Source: Clostridiales bacterium (GTDB lineage Bacteria > Bacillota > Clostridia > Oscillospirales > CAG-272). From it: DNA of 64,000 nucleotides. Position numbers and translations under genes: made by a program. The notes beneath the pieces are model-generated. The model worked only from the letters and a program-made list of their open reading frames with translations. It did no database searches and was not told the origin of the DNA. The stretch spans positions 128,230 to 192,229 of the forward strand of contig JAAWDG010000013.1 of assembly GCA_022793655.1 (NCBI GenBank), written 5' to 3'. Position 1 is the stretch's first letter. Every line of letters starts with the position of its first letter. Shown piece after piece: positions 53,488 through 62,100 of this stretch.

Positions 53488-54510
53488 ATGAAACGAATTG
53501 TTACTTTTGGAGAAATTATGGTGCGCTTAGCACCCGAAGGATACCGTCGGTTTACACAAGCTGATCGTTTTGAAGTTACTTATGGCGGCGGTGAGGCAAA
53601 TGTAGCGGTTTCGCTGTCTCATTTTGGCATGGACGCGGCGTTCGTTACAAAACTGCCTGCGCATGAGATTGGGCAAGGGGCGGTCAATTCGCTGCGCCGG
53701 TTTGGCGTGGATACCGCTTCTATTGTTCGCGGCGGCGCACGGGTAGGTATTTATTATTTGGAAAAAGGCGCCTCACAGCGGCCCTCTAAGGTCATTTATG
53801 ACCGGGCTGGTTCGGCGCTGGCTGAGGCTGAATCTTCTGATTTTGACTGGGCGCGTATTTTAGAAGGAGCCGATTGGTTCCATTTTACAGGCATTACACC
53901 CGCGTTAGGCGCGAATGTGGCAGCGCTTTGTTTAGAAGCGGTCAAAACAGCAAAACAAATGGGCATCACTGTCAGCTGTGACTTAAATTATCGTAAAAAT
54001 CTGTGGACAAAAGAGGAAGCGGGGCGCTGCATGGGTGAGTTAATGCCTTATGTAGACGTGTGCATTGCGAACGAAGAGGACGCCAAGGACGTATTTGGCA
54101 TTGCAGCCAGAGATACCGATATTACCAGCGGCAAGGTCAGTGCAGATGGGTATATTGACGTAGCGAAACAGTTAAAAGATCGGTTTGGATTTTCGCGCGT
54201 GGCTATAACACTGCGCGAATCAATTAATGCGAGTTTAAATGATTGGTCAGCGCTCTTATACAGTGGTGATTCTTATCATTTTAGCAAAAAGTATCGTATT
54301 CACATTGTGGACAGAGTCGGCGGCGGGGACAGCTTTGGCGCCGGATTGATTTACGCATTATCGCAAAATCAGTCAGATGCAGAGGCGATTGAGTTTGCCG
54401 CGGCTGCTTCTTGCTTGAAGCATACGATCGAAGGGGATTACAATCTTGTTTCAGCCGATGAGGTATTAAAACTTGCGGGCGGCGATGGCAGCGGCCGGGT
54501 TCAGCGATAA
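53488..54510 (+). CDS. kdgK: 2-dehydro-3-deoxygluconokinase (PfkB family)
   Basis: IVTFGEIMVRL, GGGEANVAV and DRVGGGDSFGAGLIY. Confidence 0.9.
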   Translation: MKRIVTFGEIMVRLAPEGYRRFTQADRFEVTYGGGEANVAVSLSHFGMDAAFVTKLPAHEIGQGAVNSLRRFGVDTASIVRGGARVGIYYLEKGASQRPSKVIYDRAGSALAEAESSDFDWARILEGADWFHFTGITPALGANVAALCLEAVKTAKQMGITVSCDLNYRKNLWTKEEAGRCMGELMPYVDVCIANEEDAKDVFGIAARDTDITSGKVSADGYIDVAKQLKDRFGFSRVAITLRESINASLNDWSALLYSGDSYHFSKKYRIHIVDRVGGGDSFGAGLIYALSQNQSDAEAIEFAAAASCLKHTIEGDYNLVSADEVLKLAGGDGSGRVQR

Positions 54511-54610
54511 GTTTTTCTTACATGATCTGCCAATATAACTTTTTATAAAGTGAACAAAACACGCTGCATTTGTTTTCGATGACAGCGTGTTGTTGTTTGG
54601 GGAGAAAAAT

Positions 54611-55429
54611 ATGATTGAAATCAAAAAACATGAGTTGTCCGACCATATATATCGGTTCGCAGAAAAGGGCAATGTTTCGGTAGACGCGTATCTTGTTTGC
54701 GGCAGAGAGCGTGCCGTGGTTATCGATGGCCTTCATCAGGCGAAGGGTCTATATGATATGGTTCGCAAAATAACCAATAAACCGGTGAGTTTACTGTTGA
54801 CGCATGGGCATTTTGATCATGCGGGAACGGGTTTTTGTGAGTTTTTAGTGGCAGGCTGCGATTGTTATGTTTCTTGCCAGGATTTACCTTTGCTTATCGA
54901 AATGTATGGAGAGGAATTTTGCCAAAATCCACATCTGCACAACGTAAAAGAAGGCATGCATTTTGATTTAGGGGATGATGTGCTTACGGTTATTTCAATG
55001 GCTGGTCATACACAGGGTTCGATGCTGTTCTTTTTAGAGGAAGAAAAGAAACTGTTCACTGGTGATGCCATAGGCTCTGGTGCTTTATGGATGCAGCTAA
55101 AAGAGAGCAGCCCGCTGATTGATTACATAAAGGAACTAAGGCGTTTAGCATCCTTTTTGTCAGACCAAGGGACTGTTTCTATTTATCCGGGACATTCTTG
55201 TCAGATTGTGCCTTATTTGCAGACCGGCCAAGATTATTTGGATATAGCCTATGTCAATTCGCTCATACAGCTAACACAGGATATTATAGCGGGAAATGTG
55301 CGGGGCAAAGAGGCAAATATGTCGGCCGCCATGTTTACTGGTATTCAGATTTTAAGCGCAAGCGGACCCTATATCACCGATTATTGTTATGATGGACAAC
55401 ATGTAACAGAAGCTAAAGATAATCATTAA
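54611..55429 (+). CDS. MBL-fold metallo-hydrolase
   Basis: LLTHGHFDHAG (HxHxDH). Confidence 0.8.
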   Translation: MIEIKKHELSDHIYRFAEKGNVSVDAYLVCGRERAVVIDGLHQAKGLYDMVRKITNKPVSLLLTHGHFDHAGTGFCEFLVAGCDCYVSCQDLPLLIEMYGEEFCQNPHLHNVKEGMHFDLGDDVLTVISMAGHTQGSMLFFLEEEKKLFTGDAIGSGALWMQLKESSPLIDYIKELRRLASFLSDQGTVSIYPGHSCQIVPYLQTGQDYLDIAYVNSLIQLTQDIIAGNVRGKEANMSAAMFTGIQILSASGPYITDYCYDGQHVTEAKDNH

Positions 55430-55435
55430 AAATCA

Positions 55436-55468
55436 AAACATCACCCAGCTTTTCAACGGGTGATGTTT
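55436..55468. terminator. Bidirectional terminator
   Basis: 11-bp stem AAACATCACCC / GGGTGATGTTT between convergent genes. Confidence 0.65.
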
Positions 55469-55492
55469 TCGTTTTGCAGGATTTTTATGTAA

Positions 55493-56155
55493 TCATTTAG
55501 ATTTATGTTTTGATGCAGGGCTACGGCGGGATTCCTTTATTTTTCGCAGAGCTAATTTTCGTATCTCAGACGGCAGTGTGTCTAAGTAAGGTTCACTTTG
55601 TTTGGGATAGCAAATCATACATTCAGCAAAGAGCCAAGCGGCGGCCATATTAAAATAATATTCTCGGTCAGAAAGGCCTTGTATAATGGTAAGAACCGTT
55701 TCGATCCATGCTTCTGTCACATAATATTGCAACAGAGAAACCAAACCAAAACGCGCCGTATATTCATGCGAAGCGTCAATCCATTCTTTGATATAGATGA
55801 GACTGCGTTCCTTTTCTTGTCCTAAAAACTTTAAGGTGCCGCATACGCAGTCACAGACAGCCCAGTTATCAATATAGGGCAGAAAAAACTGAGTAACCTT
55901 CATTTTTTCATCGTAGGGCATTGCCGCATAGCCGATGACCATGCCAAAAAGCATGGTGCTTTCGTAAGTGGAAAAATCGGCTGTCTGCAAAAAGGTTTCG
56001 CTATCTTTTTTAGCAAGTTCTTTCGCGGTTTTACGCAATATTGGCATGCGCACACCCAGCATGCGCTCGGGCGCATAGTTCGGAATGAGTTTTAGATTAA
56101 ATTGTTTATATTTTTCATCAATATGGTCTTTTAAAAGATCGTAAACGCGGTTCAT
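55493..56155 (-). CDS. DNA alkylation repair protein (AlkD-like HEAT-repeat family)
   Basis: LIPNYAPERMLGVRMPILRKTAKEL and IDNWAVCDCVC motifs. Confidence 0.7.
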   Translation of the reverse strand: MNRVYDLLKDHIDEKYKQFNLKLIPNYAPERMLGVRMPILRKTAKELAKKDSETFLQTADFSTYESTMLFGMVIGYAAMPYDEKMKVTQFFLPYIDNWAVCDCVCGTLKFLGQEKERSLIYIKEWIDASHEYTARFGLVSLLQYYVTEAWIETVLTIIQGLSDREYYFNMAAAWLFAECMICYPKQSEPYLDTLPSEIRKLALRKIKESRRSPASKHKSK

Positions 56156-57492
56156 TCTTTACTGTCCTTATTGTTAATTTCCGCAATCCACTTTTGGGTG
56201 TCTTTATAATCGCCAAGCGCCTCAAATAATGCTAATGCTTCGTCATATTTACCATCATGGTAAGCATACAGCGCGGCTTTATATTTTTCGTTTTTAAATT
56301 CTTCGGTGGCTTGTTCTAATTGCTTTTCGCTATCCTGATAATCGCCCAGTTTACGGAATAGTTCGATGGCCTTTTCGTACTCACCCTTACTTAAATAATC
56401 AGAAGCGATTTTGTATCGACAAGCCAAAACTTGGTCGGCGCTGTCTAAAAATGATTCTAATTTTTCAAAATCAGCGGCGGCTTTCTCATATTCACCCTTT
56501 TCCTGTTTCAGCATAGCTGAACAATAGGCGGCATATCGTTCGGATTCGCTGTAAGAGCCGAGTTCTGTAAATGCAGTGTATGCTTCGTTAAAGTGACCCC
56601 AAGTAAAACTGTGTTTAGCCTTTTCATATTTTTCGGCTAATTCGTTTTCTTGTTTGGTATCTTCTATATCGGCTAGCCTTTGCTTGGCGTCTTTATAGTC
56701 GCCTAACGATTCAAAGAGTTCCTTCGCTTTGGTAAAATTGTTGGCTTGTTGTGCGCGGACTGCCTCTGCATAGATCGCGTCAAGAGAAGCGGTTTTTGCT
56801 TGGGCCGCTTTTTCCTTGCTGTCTTTGTAATCGCCAAGAGCTAAGAAAGCTTTTTCTGCTTCGGTATAATCGCCCTTTGCTAAATAAGCGGCCGCTTTTG
56901 TATAATCTTTTTCCAAAATGGCTGAAGAGGTTTGTTGGTTGGCTGTTTCGCTTTTATCTTTGCTGTCTAAAAATCCATCTAAAGAATCGAACAGGCGGAC
57001 CGCCTCATCATAATTCTCATCCTGCATAGCTAAAATGCCGCGAAGATAGATAGTATATTTCTCGCTGTCTTTATAGTCGCCAAGATCTTCAAAAAAAGAC
57101 AAAGCCGCTTTGTAATTTTGCGCTTCAAAGCGCTGTTTGGCTTTATTATATTGGTTGGCAGGACGAATGGCAAACAGATAAACCAGCAGCAGGGTAGTCA
57201 AAAGAACAACGCCCGCTGCGATGGGGATGATTTTTTTTAGCAATGCTTTGCGTTTTAGACGCTTCATTTCTTCAGGCGAAACTTTTCGATGCCCTTTTGA
57301 TTCAAAGGCGGATAAATCTGCGTATTTACCATGATTGATCTGCTCTGGCGTTGCTTTCAGAGAATACAGCTGCTCATCGCGCGTCATTTTTTGCCGCATA
57401 GATTCGTCGACCATTTCTTCATAGCGTTCTTCAAATGCATCGCTTTGGTCAGACATTTTCTGATTTTGAAAATTTGCATTTTTGTTATTCAC
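56152..57492 (-). CDS. Membrane-anchored repeat protein (six or more F.xLGDYKDS repeats, TPR-like)
   Basis: GTG start, one TM helix (IIPIAAGVVLLTTLLLVYLFAI), then repeats LGDYKDSEK, LGDYKDSKEK, LGDYKDAKQR, LGSYSESER, LGDYQDSEKQ and LGDYKDTQKW. Confidence 0.7.
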   Translation of the reverse strand: MNNKNANFQNQKMSDQSDAFEERYEEMVDESMRQKMTRDEQLYSLKATPEQINHGKYADLSAFESKGHRKVSPEEMKRLKRKALLKKIIPIAAGVVLLTTLLLVYLFAIRPANQYNKAKQRFEAQNYKAALSFFEDLGDYKDSEKYTIYLRGILAMQDENYDEAVRLFDSLDGFLDSKDKSETANQQTSSAILEKDYTKAAAYLAKGDYTEAEKAFLALGDYKDSKEKAAQAKTASLDAIYAEAVRAQQANNFTKAKELFESLGDYKDAKQRLADIEDTKQENELAEKYEKAKHSFTWGHFNEAYTAFTELGSYSESERYAAYCSAMLKQEKGEYEKAAADFEKLESFLDSADQVLACRYKIASDYLSKGEYEKAIELFRKLGDYQDSEKQLEQATEEFKNEKYKAALYAYHDGKYDEALALFEALGDYKDTQKWIAEINNKDSKE

Positions 57493-57593
57493 TGTAAATG
57501 ATCTCCTTTCTTCACCAAGTTCGTTGTATTATAAACATTGGTCTGTATAATTTTCATGGTAACCCACAATTGGATGGTATTGAAAACTATTAA

Positions 57594-57852
57594 GCTGTTC
57601 TTACTTATATCATAAAGTTTTCAGCTCTCTCAAAGTTTATCGTTTCCGGCATTGCTGGAATGCAGCCTTGCAGGCTGCAAGATAAACTTTCTAAGAACAA
57701 GCCATACGGCTTGTTCTTATTATATCGTATCTATTCAACTACCTTGAAATTTAACGGTGCCGGTTTATCCGGCAGGACGTGCAAGCGTACCTGCACGGCC
57801 AGTTAAATTTCTTAAGAACAAGCTGCAAAGCTTGTTCTTATTATATCGTATC
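57594..57852. repeat. Two and a fraction tandem ~121-bp units, each a three-way-junction module plus an 11-bp hairpin plus a TTATATCGTATC box
   Basis: Conserved boxes GCT(T)GTTCTTA(c)TTATATC(a/g)TA at 57594, 57709 and 57830. Hairpins AAGAACAAGCC/GGCTTGTTCTT (57693-57718) and TAAGAACAAGC/GCTTGTTCTTA (57813-57840). Closing stems AAAGTTTATC/GATAAACTTT (57632/57681) and GAAATTTAAC/GTTAAATTTC (57746/57802), each enclosing two unrelated hairpins. Confidence 0.7.
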
Positions 57853-57916
57853 GTTTCAAGATATGCAAGGACAATAGAAATAATCCTTAATTTATTTGTT
57901 TTTTCAAAATTTGTAT

Positions 57917-59359
57917 TTACAACAAATGGCGAATAAGCGGTGAAATGATTCGCAAAAGTGTGTATTTGATCTTAGCCGATGTAGAGAGCGTATGTTCTTG
58001 AAACAGCGGACCGTATTCATATTGACCGTCTTTTTGCATGACGCGGCTGGCCTGTATATTTTCTTCTGCGCTTTCTCTTAGCTGTTTGTTCAGTGCTTCA
58101 CAGTCTACCGCAAGCATCAGTTCTGTGTCAAGATAGGCGCTTCTCATATCCATGTTAAAGGAACCGACAATACTCATTCTTTGATCAATTAAAATCGTCT
58201 TGGTGTGCAGCGAATGCTGACCGGCATATTCATAGACGTTGGCACCGGTTTTCCATATCTTTTGTTTTTGATTAAGATAATCACAACAGCCGAATGGATT
58301 TGCGCCCGATTCAGCGGCATTGGTAATGATTTTAATTTCTCGCTCTCCAGCACATAAATCTGTTAAATCTTGATACATGCGTTTGCTGCAAATAATATAG
58401 GGGGTTATACATACAATTTGTTCGCCCTGCGACATTAATTCAACCATAGAATACCAAAGTTCTGGCTCTTTGTTAATGGGTTTCGGCGGATTGGACAGCA
58501 GTGTTATTTTATTGGCCGGCATGGTGATGGCCTCCCAGTTGGGTGTTTCAAATGCTTCTGCGTAATCGATTTTTATTTGCTTATAGCGGGCCAAAAGCGA
58601 TTCTTTGGCTTTTTTTATTTCGTCATTTTCTTTACAGGAATAGGGTTTGCAGCAGTCAAGCGACCAAATCTCATCAAAATAGTTTCTTAGTTGATTCATC
58701 GAACTATGTTCGTTTTGCTCTGTTTGGTAAACAAGGAGTTCTCTATCCATATTTTTCGTGTCACTATAGTTACCCAGAAACAAATCATAAGTGTTACGGC
58801 CGCCGAGCAGATAGGCTGTGTGGTCAATCACAAACGTTTTGTCATGCAGTCTAAGAAGTGCTTTCCATGGGAGAAAAAGTTGGACCGGGTTGTATCGTTT
58901 GATTTGGATATTGGGGTGGCTCGCTAACGCTTTGAAATAGTTGCTTTTGGAAAGGTGAACGATAGATGTGGCGTGGTCGACCAGCAGTTTAATTTGTACC
59001 CCGCGTTCGGCCGCTTGCAAAAGGGCCGCCATGATGTCTTTTCCGCTTTCGTCGTCCATCATATCAAAGGTGGAAAATAGAATTTCTTCTTTTGCGGTTT
59101 CAATTAACATGAGTCGATACAAGAGTGCATCCTGATTATCGTCAATACAAGCCACCCGATCTGTGCCCGGTGTGTCGCTGTAACAATCTGCCGGATTGAA
59201 CGATGCTTGATAATCTTGGCTCACTTCTTTGTGATGAAGCAGCGGTAAAATGGAAGCTAAAACAAGCCAAAGCAAAATGACAGCAAGTACAGCGCAAGTA
59301 ATTTTGATGCCTGTCTTACCTTTGCTTGTAGTGTGTTTTATGTTTTTTTCTTTTTTCAT
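57917..59359 (-). CDS. Phospholipase D / cardiolipin synthase-like protein (two HKD motifs, N-terminal TM helix)
   Basis: LHDKTFVIDHTAYLLGGRN and LHTKTILIDQRMSIVGSFNMD. Confidence 0.8.
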   Translation of the reverse strand: MKKEKNIKHTTSKGKTGIKITCAVLAVILLWLVLASILPLLHHKEVSQDYQASFNPADCYSDTPGTDRVACIDDNQDALLYRLMLIETAKEEILFSTFDMMDDESGKDIMAALLQAAERGVQIKLLVDHATSIVHLSKSNYFKALASHPNIQIKRYNPVQLFLPWKALLRLHDKTFVIDHTAYLLGGRNTYDLFLGNYSDTKNMDRELLVYQTEQNEHSSMNQLRNYFDEIWSLDCCKPYSCKENDEIKKAKESLLARYKQIKIDYAEAFETPNWEAITMPANKITLLSNPPKPINKEPELWYSMVELMSQGEQIVCITPYIICSKRMYQDLTDLCAGEREIKIITNAAESGANPFGCCDYLNQKQKIWKTGANVYEYAGQHSLHTKTILIDQRMSIVGSFNMDMRSAYLDTELMLAVDCEALNKQLRESAEENIQASRVMQKDGQYEYGPLFQEHTLSTSAKIKYTLLRIISPLIRHLL

Positions 59360-59521
59360 AACTTAAGGACTCTTTTCTATTTGTTAAATAGTGGCTGCGC
59401 AATGAACGACACCAGCATTTTTGAAAAAGCGAATCAATAATGAACCATTATTATATAGCATAGTTGTGAACAACTTGCTAATATCGTCGGCTTTTATGTA
59501 TGCGCGAACAAAATGGCAAAT

Positions 59522-59551
59522 AAAAACAGACTGCAAAAGCAGTCTGTTTTT
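59522..59551. terminator. Bidirectional terminator
   Basis: ACAGACTGC-AAAA-GCAGTCTGT flanked by A4/T4+ runs. Confidence 0.65.
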
Positions 59552-59553
59552 GG

Positions 59554-59934
59554 TTAGGCTGTGCCAGCATCGGATACCTGTTGGTCGTGCAGACCGAAGG
59601 AAACGCCGATGGCACTGTTCACTTGTTCCATAATTTCGCCGTCAATATGGCCCATTTTTTCTTTGAGCCGTTTTTTATCAAGAGTCCGAATTTGCTCAAG
59701 CAGAATAACCGAATCTTTTGCAAGACCAAATTCCTCGGCACAGCCGATAATGTCTATATGAGTGGGAAGGCGGGTTTTAGACATCTTGCTGGTTATGGCC
59801 GCGGCAATGACCGTTGGACTATATCGGTTGCCAATGTCATTTTGTACAATGAGAACGGGTCTCACGCCTCCCTGTTCGCTGCCTATAACGGGACTGAGGT
59901 CCGCATAATAAATATCGCCTCTTTTTATGTTCAC
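59554..59934 (-). CDS. mazF: MazF/EndoA-type endoribonuclease toxin (chromosomal copy, GTG start)
   Basis: [47 protein letters not shown]...LPTHI...[25 protein letters not shown]. Confidence 0.9.
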   Translation of the reverse strand: MNIKRGDIYYADLSPVIGSEQGGVRPVLIVQNDIGNRYSPTVIAAAITSKMSKTRLPTHIDIIGCAEEFGLAKDSVILLEQIRTLDKKRLKEKMGHIDGEIMEQVNSAIGVSFGLHDQQVSDAGTA

Positions 59935-60199
59935 GATTTTTCCATCTCCTCGCTTTTAGTGTTGTCCCGTACTGCGCTTTTTAGTCACAGTCAATTTCAT
60001 TTTATGAAAATTACCATGGATAGTGAAAGACTGGATTTTCATGTTTGTTTATGGTAAAATAGGCAATGATAAATCTTGAAGAAGATAAAGCGAAAACGAA
60101 GAGAAAACTTATACACTATGCGCGATTAACCTATTTTTACGCTTAGCAGAAATATTGGATTGCGGGAATTGGCGCGGGTAAGAAAGGTGAACTGATTGT

Positions 60200-62008
60200 A
60201 TGAAAATGATCTGGCAGTATTTAAAGCAATATAAAAAGGAGTGTGTTTTATCGCCTCTATTTAAAATGTTGGAAGCGGCGTTTGAACTCTTGGTGCCTCT
60301 GGTAGTGGCTTCTGTTATTGACAGGGGACTTTCCGGGCCTGACCGTGCGCACATCTATCGTATGTTTGCCATATTGATTGGCCTTAGTGCGCTTGGTCTT
60401 ATCTGTTCGATTACAGCGCAGTTTTTTTCAGCAAAAGCGGCGGCTGGGTTTGCCGCTAAATTAAGACATGCGCTGTTTGCCCACATACAGTCTCTTTCTT
60501 ATGCTGATCTCGATTCGTTCGGCACACCCCGCTTAATCACACGCATTTCCAGTGATGTGACGCAGGTGCAGACAGGGGTCAACTTGTTCTTAAGGCTTAT
60601 CATGCGCGCTCCGTTTGTGGTGTTTGGCGCCATGATCATGGCCTTTACAGTTGATGTTAAAAGCGCGCTGGTATTTTGCGTGGTGATTCCGCTGTTATTG
60701 TTGGCTGCTTTTGCGATTATCGTTGGCTGTATTCCTCTCTATAAAAAAGTGCAGGATCATCTTGACGCGGTGACAATCTCTGCCCGCGAAAATTTAACGG
60801 GTGTGCGTGTCATTCGCGCATTTGCGAAAGAAGAGCAGGAGCGAAAAGCATTTGATCAAAAGAATGATGCTCTTTGCGCGGTGCAGAAATTTACCGGTAA
60901 AATATCAGCGCTTTTGAATCCCATCACGTATTTGATTATTAACATTGCCATTGCTGCCCTTATCTATACGGGTGCGCTTCGCGTGGACAGCGGCGTGTTA
61001 ACACAAGGGGAGGTTGTGGCGCTTTATAATTATATGGCGCAAATTTTGACCGAACTGATTAAAATGGCGAATTTAGTGATTACGATGACGCGGGCGGCGG
61101 CTTCCACCGGTCGAATTCAGGAAGTATTTGCCGCGAGATCTTCCATGGAGAATGGAATCGATCAACACTTTGACGGGGCAGAGGTGTCTTTTCATGATGT
61201 TTCTTTGACCTATCGCGGTGATACAGCCCCCTCTTTATCGAATATTACGTTTACGGCAAAAGAAGGACAGACGATTGGTATTATCGGCGCGACCGGCTCG
61301 GGCAAAAGCACATTGGTGCATTTGATTACTCGTTTTTATGACGCGACAAAGGGCGAGGTGTTCGTCGGCGGAAAACCGGTTCAGTCGTATGATACAGCGG
61401 TGCTTCGTGATGCGATTGGCATTGTGCCGCAAAAGGCGGTATTGTTTAAAGGAAGTATCCGAGCGAATCTGGTAAATGGTGCGCCTGATGCAACCGAAGA
61501 AGATATTCATCATGCTTTAGAACGGGCGCAAGCGCTTGAATTTGTAGAAAAAAAGACACATGGCATGGAAGAAATGATCGAACAGGGCGGGCGCAACTTG
61601 TCAGGCGGCCAACGACAGCGCCTAACTATTGCCCGTGCTTTAGTCAAAAAGCCGCGCATATTGATTTTAGACGATTCATCATCGGCGCTCGATTATGCGA
61701 CTGAAGCTTCTTTACGAAAATCCATACAAACTTGTGATTTTCATCCGACGGTGTTTATTGTTTCGCAGCGGGCTTCTTCGGTCATGCATGCCGATCAGAT
61801 TATCGTGCTCGAAAATGGTGAGATGGTGGGCTTGGGCCAACATGAAGAATTGTTAAAAAACTGTCCGGTTTATGCAGAGATCTATGATTCTCAATTTGCT
61901 CCGCAGGAGCAAGGGGCTTCGCAGGAGCAAGGGGCTTCGCAGGAGCAAAGGGCTTCGCAGGAGCAAGGGGCTTCGCAGGAGCAAAGGGCTTCACAAGAGG
62001 AGTCTTGA
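60200..62008 (+). CDS. ABC exporter half-transporter A (TMD-NBD) with a degenerate catalytic site and a repeat tail
   Basis: Walker [10 protein letters not shown] and signature LSGGQRQR. Walker B is ILILDDS (Asp in place of the catalytic Glu) and the H-loop is IVSQR (Gln in place of His). C-terminal (QEQ[GR]AS)x5. Confidence 0.9.
   Translation: MKMIWQYLKQYKKECVLSPLFKMLEAAFELLVPLVVASVIDRGLSGPDRAHIYRMFAILIGLSALGLICSITAQFFSAKAAAGFAAKLRHALFAHIQSLSYADLDSFGTPRLITRISSDVTQVQTGVNLFLRLIMRAPFVVFGAMIMAFTVDVKSALVFCVVIPLLLLAAFAIIVGCIPLYKKVQDHLDAVTISARENLTGVRVIRAFAKEEQERKAFDQKNDALCAVQKFTGKISALLNPITYLIINIAIAALIYTGALRVDSGVLTQGEVVALYNYMAQILTELIKMANLVITMTRAAASTGRIQEVFAARSSMENGIDQHFDGAEVSFHDVSLTYRGDTAPSLSNITFTAKEGQTIGIIGATGSGKSTLVHLITRFYDATKGEVFVGGKPVQSYDTAVLRDAIGIVPQKAVLFKGSIRANLVNGAPDATEEDIHHALERAQALEFVEKKTHGMEEMIEQGGRNLSGGQRQRLTIARALVKKPRILILDDSSSALDYATEASLRKSIQTCDFHPTVFIVSQRASSVMHADQIIVLENGEMVGLGQHEELLKNCPVYAEIYDSQFAPQEQGASQEQGASQEQRASQEQGASQEQRASQEES
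61903..61992 (+). repeat. Five tandem copies of an 18-bp unit (GCAGGAGCAARGGGCTTC) inside the ABC gene 3' end
   Basis: Copies start at 61903, 61921, 61939, 61957 and 61975, with a single A/G polymorphism between them. They encode [12 protein letters not shown]. Confidence 0.95.
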
Positions 62009-62100
62009 TCGCAATGCTGAGGATCAGGTTTTAGCTCTGGTCTTTGGTTTGTTTTCCAGTAATTCTGAAACAGCTATCCATTCTATAGAAAGGTTGCATT

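Noticed and set aside
57746-57811. An integron attC-like site: unit B is bounded by ATTTAAC ... GTTAAAT, which fits R''(RYYYAAC)/R'(GTTRRRY).
   Set aside because: Unit A has GTTTATC/GATAAAC, which violates the core. There are no cassette ORFs between the units and no intI gene nearby. The resemblance is probably fortuitous in AT-rich stems.
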